DNA from: a virus
Lineage: Duplodnaviria; Heunggongvirae; Uroviricota; Caudoviricetes
Direction: 5' to 3' (one strand)
Length of the DNA stretch: 30,815 nucleotides
Virus record (IMG/VR): IMGVR_UViG_2531839668_000005
Shown here: positions 1-8,168 of the stretch, piece after piece
Layout of the letters: every line of letters begins with the position of its first letter
How positions within the stretch are numbered: position 1 is the first letter of the stretch
Notes under the pieces: generated by a model
Databases searched by the model: none
The model's input: the letters and a program-made list of their open reading frames with translations, nothing else
Told to the model about the DNA's origin: nothing
Program-made: the position numbers and the translations under genes

Positions 1-194
1 TTAACGGTATGAGTTCTCACGAATAGCCGATTTGCAAATTGTATCAAAAGACAACAAATTTCTCAGTTCAACTCCCTATTGGTAACTGAACTCATAGATA
101 AGGTCCGTTATGCTTTTCATAGGTAGACGAATACGGTAACTTTTCTCAATAGCACGATTCTATCCGCAGTACCAGCATAGGTGGAGAATGGATT

Positions 195-1040
195 TTGAAC
201 AATTGGTCACCAGAGCATACAAAAGTCATCAAGAGCTGGTTTAAGATTGATACATATCGCAAATTTGAAGACCTCTCATTGATTCAGTTCTACCATGAGA
301 TATGGGCCCGTAAATTGTTCTTTAAGGAGTATCGGGAAGAGTTTGAGAGCAGAGCACTTGCGGGTTACTTCTCAAAAATTTTTAGTGGCAATCCTTTTTT
401 AATTGAAGAAGGACAACTGGGATACATGACTCCTGCCAACAAACTTTTTCAACCTCCCCATTTCTTTCTCACAACTCTTGATCGCCTTGCTGAAACGAGC
501 ATTATTGCAATGCAACGTGGAGGTTTTCTTTGGCATGAAGGTGACAATTATTCTATAAACGCAGAGCTTCGAGAAGAATCACTTTCAGACATTATGCCAG
601 ATCAGTTTACACGAACGATCATGTTCGAGATTGATCTGGCAAGTGGCACAGACGAAGAGATTGCAGAGTCGCTTAAAGCTGCATTACCGCAGTGGCGTAA
701 AGTTAAGGGTATTGATGAAAACCCATTGGAATCTGTTCGTTTTGGATACGGAACTATCAAGAAACTCATCAGTTATCGTGTAATACCTATGCTTGATATC
801 CTGGTGTGGGCAGCCGTTAAAAAAATCCGTGTCTCTGACGACAGGTTATCCAGACTACTATATACAGACGATGACGAAGAAAGCGAAATGAGACAGTCCA
901 GCCAAATCAAAGATACCGACAGGCCTTTGGCTCTTAAATCCTGCACAACTGACTTTATCCGACAATTCCATTACTTCATGAACAAAAACAGCCATTTAAA
1001 GCAAATGAAAGTCTCTGATGTAATGAAACTATCGGATTAA
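195..1040 (+). CDS. hypothetical protein (281 aa)
   Basis: Long ORF in the track; TTG start at 195 preceded by GGTGGAG; followed by a hairpin plus T-run at 1086-1116. No family recognised. Confidence 0.45.
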   Translation: MNNWSPEHTKVIKSWFKIDTYRKFEDLSLIQFYHEIWARKLFFKEYREEFESRALAGYFSKIFSGNPFLIEEGQLGYMTPANKLFQPPHFFLTTLDRLAETSIIAMQRGGFLWHEGDNYSINAELREESLSDIMPDQFTRTIMFEIDLASGTDEEIAESLKAALPQWRKVKGIDENPLESVRFGYGTIKKLISYRVIPMLDILVWAAVKKIRVSDDRLSRLLYTDDDEESEMRQSSQIKDTDRPLALKSCTTDFIRQFHYFMNKNSHLKQMKVSDVMKLSD

Positions 1041-1085
1041 GAGTTAATTAATAACTGTCTGTTTTTTTATTATAAAAATAAACTA

Positions 1086-1116
1086 AAAGCACTACTGTAA
1101 ATGGTGCTTTTTTTTG
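1086..1116 (+). terminator. Rho-independent terminator candidate
   Basis: AAAGCAC...GTGCTTT inverted repeat followed by a run of T immediately downstream of the 195-1040 ORF. Confidence 0.5.
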
Positions 1117-1322
1117 CGATTTTTACTTTAAACCGGCCATTTTTACACTTGCTATAAAACAGGGGAATTTCAGCTACTCTCAAGTTCCCTTGTTCTGTAC
1201 TGCACCAACTTCGAGAAAACCATCCTGCACAGCAGCGAAGAACCTCCGCTTCAGGAGCTTCGCTCCTTTCTTTTCCCAACTGCTCGTATAGTGACTTCAC
1301 CGCAACGACAAGGGATAACGAA

Positions 1323-1529
1323 ATGAAAAATCAAGCAACCCGCCTCATACGCTTACCAGAAGTTCTCGAACGAACTGGCTACGGAAAAGCCTGGATCTAT
1401 CGTCTGATCAACGATGGCAAGTTTCCTGCTCCTGTCAAAATTGGAAGTCGTGCAATAGCTTTCGTTGAAAGTGAGATTGATAGCTGGATTCAGTCTGTTA
1501 TCGAAACAAGTCGAAATAATGTTGCTTAA
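1323..1529 (+). CDS. alpA: AlpA-family phage/island transcriptional regulator (excisionase-like HTH)
   Basis: 68 aa; sequence RLIRLPEVLERTGYGKAWIYRLINDGKFPAPVKIGSRAIAF is the characteristic AlpA/Xis-type helix-turn-helix of P4-like islands such as CP4-57. Confidence 0.8.
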   Translation: MKNQATRLIRLPEVLERTGYGKAWIYRLINDGKFPAPVKIGSRAIAFVESEIDSWIQSVIETSRNNVA

Positions 1530-1549
1530 TTGAATTTAGGAGAGATTTT

Positions 1550-1849
1550 ATGACTATCGAAGAATTTGTGAATGAAGAAAACCATATGTGTAATCTGGGC
1601 CAGGAACTATTCTTTAAAATTTTCGAGCCTGAATCGATTTATAATTTACCCAATAACGAGTTTAATAAAGAAATAATATATTGGCTCAGTCAGTATCTTG
1701 TCGGAAATTTGATACAACCTTTAGACGCGATCTCAGAGCTTAATGCTTCCAAACAAATATATGTTTACGAGACTTGGTTTTCGCTAATTAAATGCCCTGA
1801 TGAAATGAAACTCTTGGCGAAGCGGATAATTGAATATTTATTGGATTAA
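1550..1849 (+). CDS. hypothetical protein (99 aa)
   Basis: ORF beginning 21 bp after alpA with GGAGAG upstream of the ATG; no family recognised. Confidence 0.4.
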   Translation: MTIEEFVNEENHMCNLGQELFFKIFEPESIYNLPNNEFNKEIIYWLSQYLVGNLIQPLDAISELNASKQIYVYETWFSLIKCPDEMKLLAKRIIEYLLD

Positions 1850-2061
1850 GAAATTCATATGGCAATGCAAAGTTTTGCTGCATATTTTAGATTAAAACGT
1901 TAAAGAATAACTTGCATTATTTTTATGACCGTTCTTTTGCAAGGCAGTGAGATGGTTTTAGGTGGGTTGGGTGTGCATAATATTAATAGTGTTAGGACGG
2001 TTTTTAGTATTAAGAAGTAATAATAATAGCCATTGGTGAAAATTATGACGGGATTTTTACC

Positions 2062-2373
2062 ATGACATTTCATATTAATAAGTATAGGAAAGTTAAAATG
2101 AATAATTCAATCATAGTACCAGAAGATAAAGATTTTGTATGTGCGTTTGCGACTTCACCGAATAGCTTTTATGAGGCTATTGAATCCTATCGTAATTATG
2201 TAGATCTAGTCCAAGAGATAGAGTTCGAGCACGTCTTTCTTTATTTATTGTTTTCTATAGTGGTCAATGGTAGTACAGATATTACGATTAATGATGAAGT
2301 ACGAATGTGTATTGAGCAGCTTGTCTATGAAAAAAATAGTATCAGAAATAATAATGCAGATAAAAAGATGTAA
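2062..2373 (+). CDS. hypothetical protein (103 aa; true start may be the internal ATG near 2098)
   Basis: ORF in AT-rich DNA; no family recognised. Confidence 0.35.
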   Translation: MTFHINKYRKVKMNNSIIVPEDKDFVCAFATSPNSFYEAIESYRNYVDLVQEIEFEHVFLYLLFSIVVNGSTDITINDEVRMCIEQLVYEKNSIRNNNADKKM

Positions 2374-2544
2374 AGGCTGTAATAAATTATCATGGGTACA
2401 GACAGCACAAGTCTGTACCTTCTTATTTTAATTCAACAGATAATGATACATGAAAATTATGTGCTTTTGATAGTGGTCATCTGGTTTTCTATAGTAAACA
2501 TTATAGGATATAGGTTATCCTGAATTTTAATATTATGCTCTTTT

Positions 2545-2850
2545 TTATTTAAAAGAGCTGAAAAATACAGGATTTAAATGGTGTTGGTATTTAAACTCAG
2601 TAGGTATAGTAACACTCGCATCAATCAGTTCTGTGATAGCCTGATAAAATTGAGTGGGTGTAATATGTATCCCTTCTTGCTGTGCTATGGGCGTAACACG
2701 ATGAAAAATTAGGTAAACAATGCTCTTATCTGGCTTATACGACGCGATTAATGTAAGCAACCAGAATACATTGTGAATAGTAGTGTTAAGATTATGACTT
2801 TCAACTGATGATTGATTATTTTGAAAGTAAGTGGAGAGTCTTTTTTGCAT
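2545..2850 (-). CDS. hypothetical protein (101 aa)
   Basis: ORF immediately downstream of 2915-3478 on the same strand; no family recognised. Confidence 0.3.
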   Translation of the reverse strand: MQKRLSTYFQNNQSSVESHNLNTTIHNVFWLLTLIASYKPDKSIVYLIFHRVTPIAQQEGIHITPTQFYQAITELIDASVTIPTEFKYQHHLNPVFFSSFK

Positions 2851-2914
2851 AAAGGTATCGTTTTTTTGTTAATGTTATCACTCGCGTGGAGAAAATTACC
2901 ACGCTGTAATGTTT

Positions 2915-3478
2915 TTAAAATGGAATGCCGTCTGCAGGATTTCGTCTTCTGGAGTTTTTAACTGATTTTGTTTTACTCCAGGCACGATAAAAATTAAACG
3001 AATTGGCAAAATCTTCTGTCTCCAGTCTGGATTTTCTGAATTTATCCATCAGATCTTCATTGAAACGACGAGGAATTCCCTTAACGCACAAGTTTGAATT
3101 CAGATATACCTGATTATCTATGGTGTCACGAATAAGTATTTTTTTTCCAAATAACTCTTTGAATGCACGTGAAACATTTGATTTATTCAGCCCAAGCTCT
3201 TTGGCAGTACGTGACTGTGAAAAATCAGGAATAATATTACCGTAATCAATGGCTGAGAAGAGATAAATCACAATTCTAAATGCTGTAGGCGTCAAATCCA
3301 TTCTGGCGAGTGTCGCCATATTACCTTTAAATACCATTGAGAAATCGTCCTTGAAGGACGTCTTTTTATAGCTGGTTGCTTTAATTTTTATTTCTTCTAG
3401 ATCTTCGGGCATAACCTCTAATGCTTCTGCAATAATGGATTTTTGTTCTTTAGTTAATACAACACTTGTGATTGACAT
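2915..3478 (-). CDS. putative winged-helix/HTH DNA-binding protein (replication-initiator-like or regulator)
   Basis: 187 aa; segment AKELGLNKSNVSRAFKELFGKKIL resembles an HTH recognition helix; three iteron-like direct repeats lie about 450 bp away. Confidence 0.45.
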   Translation of the reverse strand: MSITSVVLTKEQKSIIAEALEVMPEDLEEIKIKATSYKKTSFKDDFSMVFKGNMATLARMDLTPTAFRIVIYLFSAIDYGNIIPDFSQSRTAKELGLNKSNVSRAFKELFGKKILIRDTIDNQVYLNSNLCVKGIPRRFNEDLMDKFRKSRLETEDFANSFNFYRAWSKTKSVKNSRRRNPADGIPF

Positions 3479-3939
3479 AATGGCTCCTTTTTTATTGTTG
3501 TGATTACAGACATGGCATATTTAATTTATTTGTCAATGGTTTTGATGATATTATTTTAATTATATCTTATTTGAATTTTTTATCCGTTCTTTGGTGGTGG
3601 TAATAGGTTGTAAAATTTGAAACGAGGGGTGCTAAATTTAACCATCACCTGTTATGTGATTGATAATTTTTGGTGCTGAAATTAACAACGGCATATTTTG
3701 TATAATCATATGATTTTATTAGATAATTTTTGATTTTGATCTGCAAGATAAAAGAGTGATAAAGAAATAAGAAACCACAGTTTTGCATTTGATCGATACT
3801 CAAGGCCTTGGTGTACCTGATGAAAACATTTTTATTATTGCTTTTCTTAAATAATATCATTTGTAAATTGAAGCCTGCGCAACTGTGTGTTACGCCCCAT
3901 TGGGCTTCAGAACATCACTATAGTGTTTTCAGTCAGTAT

Positions 3940-4053
3940 AAATACGCTTCGCGCACGAGTTCACAGTATTTAGGTTTACTGTCATTAAAAATACGCTTCG
4001 TGCAGAAGTTCAGAAAAATGGGGTTAGCTGTCAGCACAAATACGCTTCGCGCA
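3940..4053. repeat. three direct repeats of AAATACGCTTCG(C/T)GCA at 49-bp spacing (iteron-like)
   Basis: Copies at 3940-3955, 3989-4004 and 4038-4053; the first two continue with the related GAGTTCACAG / GAAGTTCAGA extension. Confidence 0.7.
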
Positions 4054-4517
4054 AAAAAAAATCAGGAGGCTAAGTTGATCGGGAAAGCGAACACAGATAC
4101 ATGATTTACCCGTTTGCTGACTACGGCTCACGCCGGGACCCTTCGGAAAAACCCTTTCTGCTTCAGCGAGTGAGTGCTGCGGGCACTCAGAGGCGCTGCC
4201 AGGGAGACAAAATTAAGTTTTTCAACTGTTTGGTAAAAATAATTAACATTTATAGGTAGTCGGGGCGTAAGCCAGTGCGTAGCACGCTCTCAAAAAATAT
4301 TCCTGTGGGTTTCTTATCTGCAATAGGGAAATAACTCAGATAATTGATATATGAAAAAACAATACAATCGGGAAGACACAACTTTAGCACAGTAAAAGCT
4401 ATTTGTATTTATGAGGAATAAAATATATATGAATAATAAAATATTTTTATTTTGCTATTGATTTTAATTTTTAAGATGATAGTACTTAATTATAAAAACA
4501 AAATAATGGAGGATATT

Positions 4518-4943
4518 ATGAGTGCTATTAATGTGTTATCTCAGGAGGAAAAATTTATACATGTTGTTGATAAATTTATAACCCATAATCACAACGGCGT
4601 TAATAACAATGTCTTTTATAAAAAACTTTATGTTCTCTTCGCCGGATATCATCTGAAGTATTTTTATTCACGGGCGCAATATCGCAATTCGTGTTATCAC
4701 GTTGATAATATCATGCAGATGTTTATGGGTGTCGTTTCTACCCTGAAGACCCCTCTGCTCAGGCAACTCGCAAACAGTGACACATTGCTGCATTGCCTGA
4801 ATTCGCTCGTGAATTATATTTCAGGCAATCTGGATGAAGCAGAGCACATTTATGCTGATTTACTGGCACAGTATGAAAAGAAACGCATTGCACGTTCTCT
4901 GGCTTATACACCACCAGGATCCGTGGTCAGGAAAAGACTGTGA
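4518..4943 (+). CDS. hypothetical protein (141 aa from the ATG at 4518)
   Basis: GGAGG 8 nt upstream of the ATG at 4518 (the track ORF starts earlier at 4452). C-terminus ...PPGSVVRKRL matches the C-terminus of the ankyrin protein at 8169-9122. Confidence 0.5.
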   Translation: MSAINVLSQEEKFIHVVDKFITHNHNGVNNNVFYKKLYVLFAGYHLKYFYSRAQYRNSCYHVDNIMQMFMGVVSTLKTPLLRQLANSDTLLHCLNSLVNYISGNLDEAEHIYADLLAQYEKKRIARSLAYTPPGSVVRKRL

Positions 4944-5030
4944 GACATCGGAAATGCGCCGGACAAGGCAGAGTATGGCAGAGTGACATAAAAGCAGTCG
5001 TTTCCCGCAAGATATTACCGGGCATTAAAA

Positions 5031-5061
5031 AGGCAGGATCCACCGATTTGGTGTCCTGCCT
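5031..5061. terminator. bidirectional hairpin between convergent genes
   Basis: AGGCAGGA ... TCCTGCCT perfect 8-bp inverted repeat between the plus-strand gene ending 4943 and the minus-strand gene ending 5085. Confidence 0.4.
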
Positions 5062-5084
5062 GGCGGGATTATTTTATTGTGGTC

Positions 5085-5363
5085 TTACTTATCAACGACC
5101 TGCCAGCCATCATCTGTTTTGACCAGCTTGACAGCCGCTGTGCGTTTTTCGTTATCGACAACAGCTGTTACATTGCATTTATAGCTTTTATCCGATAGTT
5201 TTTCGCAGTCGTGTTTTTTGACTGATTTTAACTTCCGCAGCATGTCAGGCGTGATATCGTTTCTCGCTATGGATTTAACGATGGCATTCGTCTGCTCCAC
5301 GACCTTATTCATCGCAGTGTAAATATCCTGCTCAGACGGTTCACTGGTGCAGCCGGTCAGCAA
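5085..5363 (-). CDS. putative lipoprotein, mature domain; signal peptide lies in an adjacent frame (possible frameshift)
   Basis: ORF begins L-T-G-C (lipobox) at a TTG. An ATG at 5402-5404 encodes MKTYAFTTLIASIF then stops; adding one T to the T6 run (plus-strand A6 at 5362-5367) would give MKTYAFTTLIASIFLLTGC..., a canonical lipoprotein signal peptide. Confidence 0.5.
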   Translation of the reverse strand: MLTGCTSEPSEQDIYTAMNKVVEQTNAIVKSIARNDITPDMLRKLKSVKKHDCEKLSDKSYKCNVTAVVDNEKRTAAVKLVKTDDGWQVVDK

Positions 5364-5430
5364 AAAATGGACGCAATGAGTGTGGTAAATGCATATGTTT
5401 TCATAAAATAATCCCAGACGGTAGAGTACG

Positions 5431-5829
5431 TTATTGAAAAAGGCCGGTTTTCATCTTGCTGTTGTTTTCAGAGAACGTCCACTTGCTGACGGTTTCGCCT
5501 TTAAATTCGATTTCCAGCGTTTTGGCCTGCGTCTGTGAACCCCCGGTCAGCAGTCCAATCACGGGAATGAATGTGGTGGCATCAAACTGATTGTTGTCCA
5601 TCGAATAAGTCCATTGTTCATTGCCACTATCAAGTGTAGTTTTGGTTTCGGGCTGACCGAATGCGGTAATGATTTCTGATTTCGTTGTTTTATTTTTGAT
5701 GATTTTCGACTGCAGACTTTGTGATGTTTCTTTTTTTAGATGCTGGTTGCCTGATGTTGAACAGCCAGAAATAAGTAAAGAAGAAATAAAAAACACAGAA
5801 ATCATGAATCTGTTCATAAGTTTTCTCAT
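5431..5829 (-). CDS. putative lipoprotein (132 aa)
   Basis: N-terminus MRKLMNRFMISVFFISSLLISGCS has a hydrophobic signal sequence and a LISGC lipobox. Confidence 0.6.
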   Translation of the reverse strand: MRKLMNRFMISVFFISSLLISGCSTSGNQHLKKETSQSLQSKIIKNKTTKSEIITAFGQPETKTTLDSGNEQWTYSMDNNQFDATTFIPVIGLLTGGSQTQAKTLEIEFKGETVSKWTFSENNSKMKTGLFQ

Positions 5830-5866
5830 ATTAATTTTTTATGTTTGCGGTGGTGTGAAATTAATA

Positions 5867-6142
5867 TCATCTTATAAAAACAACTCTGTCTGCATATTTC
5901 TTTTTAATAATGCAGATAAGAATAATGACGCTGGCAAAAAACGTAATGACTGAGGCAGGAGTGCTGCCGGTCAATGAAAACACTAACCAGGCGAGAGCTA
6001 ATGCCACGAATTGAAACAGGAATGCCACACTGAGTGGACTTTCACCATAGGCCACTTTTGCATGGCAACCTTTGCAAACCCGCACACCGTGTGGGCTTTG
6101 TGTAAAGCAGAAAGGGCAGCTAATCGTTTTATTATCCATCAT
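5867..6142 (-). CDS. small zinc-ribbon membrane protein (91 aa)
   Basis: CPFC...CKGC cysteine pairs at the N-terminus followed by two hydrophobic helices. Confidence 0.5.
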   Translation of the reverse strand: MMDNKTISCPFCFTQSPHGVRVCKGCHAKVAYGESPLSVAFLFQFVALALAWLVFSLTGSTPASVITFFASVIILICIIKKKYADRVVFIR

Positions 6143-6327
6143 GACTCCGTAGCCTGATTTAAGGTGATGTATTTTTGAACATTTTCGATGAATGAACTGC
6201 TTTAGTAAAATTGCTTGTACCGATCGATGGATCTCAGGCGATAGGTTATATCTATTATAACTAGATTATCGATCTATAAAAACGATCGATATCTTATTGA
6301 CTATCACTAAAGTATGGACTAGCTAAC

Positions 6328-7563
6328 TTATGGTGCAGGATGGTTGTTGTTTTTAAATGATTGTTCTTTATTGGTATTTGTTGTCATGGGATGACAGGGT
6401 GTCAGAATATGTAGGTGGAGGATTTGGTGGAAAGGATGTGCAGTGGCATGTAACAGAGACATGCCTCTGCGCCTGAGAAGTGCCACAATATGGACGAGCA
6501 ATACAAGCCATGAATACAGACGACGCTGGCGGGGTATCTGACGAGCTGTATTGTGCAGATTGCTCCTGAGCTGGATGATACCCACTGTCTCCTGTTGTCT
6601 TTCCAGACGAATTTTTTCTTCAAGCTGATGGATTTTCTCCAGAATCGTTTCCCGGTTTGCAGCCTGCTCTTCAGACTCGCATGATGGCACTGGCACTGGC
6701 ACTGGCACTGGCACTGGCACTGGCACTGGCGCGGTTGTAGGTTCTATTGGCCTCTGGGCTTCTTTCAGTAAACTCAGATGCTCAGGCGTAAAATCAATCA
6801 GTGCTTGCAGGGAAGACCAGCCATATTTTTTACCCAACTGAGATGCTTTAAAGGCAATACCCTGGTATTGAAATGAAAATCCACTCATTTTACCCGTAGT
6901 GGCGATATTGGGTTTGCAGGTCACTCCTTCCTGTTCCAGTAAGCGAACAAAGGTTAGTAAATCGGGATGGTGTGTTAATGCATTGTCGAGCAGGGCCTGC
7001 AACAGTGACTTAGGGCAGGGAGCTGCTGTGCGTTCTGCCATCATCAGTTCATTACGGGAAGGCTTCCTTTTATCCTGGCGGCTACTGCCGGTTACACCCG
7101 TAGTTTCGGTGAGGCCGTGTACTCTCTCCAGCTCACTGATAATCCGTGTGCCGATAAGATTTTCATTTTTCCCCAGGTACAGTTTTCCACCGACCATGTT
7201 AATACGACTTGCAATGATATGAATATGCTGCCCATCCGGATCATCGTGCATGATATAGCAGCGAAGATGGGTGTCAGTGAAGCCCATTCGGGCCATATAA
7301 TCGTCAGCGAATGCTGCCCACTGTCTGTTTGACAGTTTCTCACCCTTTGGCAGGCGAAGTGAATTATGCCAGACAGGTTTGGCGACATCGGGACGCAGCA
7401 GTCGGGTGCCTTCAAATTCACTTATAAGCTCAGCAGCAGTGCTACCCGTCATGTTGCCACCGATGACATAAGGCGTGATTTTGTGGTGAGAACCTGACTT
7501 CAGGCTATAAATAACCACACCTGTGAATTGTTTACCCCTTTTTATTTTCTGCATGCCTTTCAT
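6328..7563 (-). CDS. mobA: MobA/relaxase-family mobilization protein (C-terminal boundary uncertain)
   Basis: N-terminal region contains the relaxase histidine triad context (HDDPDGQHIHIIASRI) and an early Tyr; start overlaps the mobC stop. Includes a (Pro-Val)7 linker; sequence after the linker is low-complexity and may not all be coding. Confidence 0.7.
   Translation of the reverse strand: MKGMQKIKRGKQFTGVVIYSLKSGSHHKITPYVIGGNMTGSTAAELISEFEGTRLLRPDVAKPVWHNSLRLPKGEKLSNRQWAAFADDYMARMGFTDTHLRCYIMHDDPDGQHIHIIASRINMVGGKLYLGKNENLIGTRIISELERVHGLTETTGVTGSSRQDKRKPSRNELMMAERTAAPCPKSLLQALLDNALTHHPDLLTFVRLLEQEGVTCKPNIATTGKMSGFSFQYQGIAFKASQLGKKYGWSSLQALIDFTPEHLSLLKEAQRPIEPTTAPVPVPVPVPVPVPVPSCESEEQAANRETILEKIHQLEEKIRLERQQETVGIIQLRSNLHNTARQIPRQRRLYSWLVLLVHIVALLRRRGMSLLHATAHPFHQILHLHILTPCHPMTTNTNKEQSFKNNNHPAP
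6688..6729. repeat. (CACTGG)7 perfect hexanucleotide tandem repeat
   Basis: Seven uninterrupted CACTGG units on the plus strand; on the minus strand they encode the PVPVPVPVPVPVPV linker inside mobA. Confidence 0.95.
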
Positions 7564-7967
7564 GGGTCTGACTCCAGAAATGTTGAGGGAATAAGGTGAT
7601 CCCTGAGAGTTTTGATTTGTCTGCGCAGGGCGAAGAGTTCTGTACGGGTCAGTTCGCTGTCAGGGCTTTTGCTGTCGAGATGACTCAACAGGTAGTTTAA
7701 ATCCTGTGAAAGGCTGCCAAGTTTTATCCATGCTTCACGATTGATTTCTGGCAGAACCGGCGGGAGTTTATTCAGGGAAGCCATCCTGAGCCATTCTCCT
7801 TTTTTATACTGACCTCTTTTACTGTCGAGAATAATTAATTCTTCTTCATTTAATCTGACACTGATGCAGTGATGTCGTATTTCATTCTCAGGAAATTTGT
7901 CAGTATGGAATTTACCGCGTTTTGATACTCTGGTTATATCATCATCATTACTCATGTCACTGTTCAT
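7560..7967 (-). CDS. mobC: MobC-like relaxosome accessory protein
   Basis: 135-aa ORF directly upstream of and overlapping the relaxase gene start, the conserved mobC-mobA arrangement; ELFALRRQIKTLRDHL region is typical of the family. Confidence 0.6.
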   Translation of the reverse strand: MNSDMSNDDDITRVSKRGKFHTDKFPENEIRHHCISVRLNEEELIILDSKRGQYKKGEWLRMASLNKLPPVLPEINREAWIKLGSLSQDLNYLLSHLDSKSPDSELTRTELFALRRQIKTLRDHLIPSTFLESDP

Positions 7968-8168
7968 AGTTATCCTTTTATTTCATGTTTATTACTACAG
8001 ATAACCGATGAAATGAATAAGTCAAGTTGTTACGGGATAAATAATTTAATTATCTGGATTAAAAAAGGTATACCATTTGACAAATAGTATACCCACGAGG
8101 ACATATCAGATTAATGGTCATTAAATGAATCCTTGCAGACTAAGAAAAGGGTTGTTTACTCCAGAGTT

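Noticed and set aside
1323-1529. Assigning alpA to the same element as the P4-type integrase at 16928-18157
   Set aside because: alpA is about 15 kb from that integrase and on the opposite strand; it may belong to a separate adjacent element extending beyond the window start, so no linkage is claimed.
3645-4104. ORFs 3645-3860 and 3808-4104 spanning the iteron-like repeats
   Set aside because: AT-rich, low-complexity translations over a repeat array; more likely a non-coding origin or regulatory region.
4940-5122. ORF 4940-5122 between convergent genes
   Set aside because: Overlaps the intergenic hairpin and the 3' end of the lipoprotein gene; probably non-coding.
6688-6729. Possibility that the CACTGG repeat is a CRISPR array
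   Set aside because: Units are 6 bp, contiguous and without spacers, and lie in-frame within a coding sequence; this is a microsatellite, not CRISPR.
6402-7421. Track ORFs 6402-6623, 6899-7222, 7092-7421 and 7117-7332 overlapping the relaxase gene
   Set aside because: Alternative-frame or antisense ORFs inside a well-supported gene; low-complexity translations, no independent signals.
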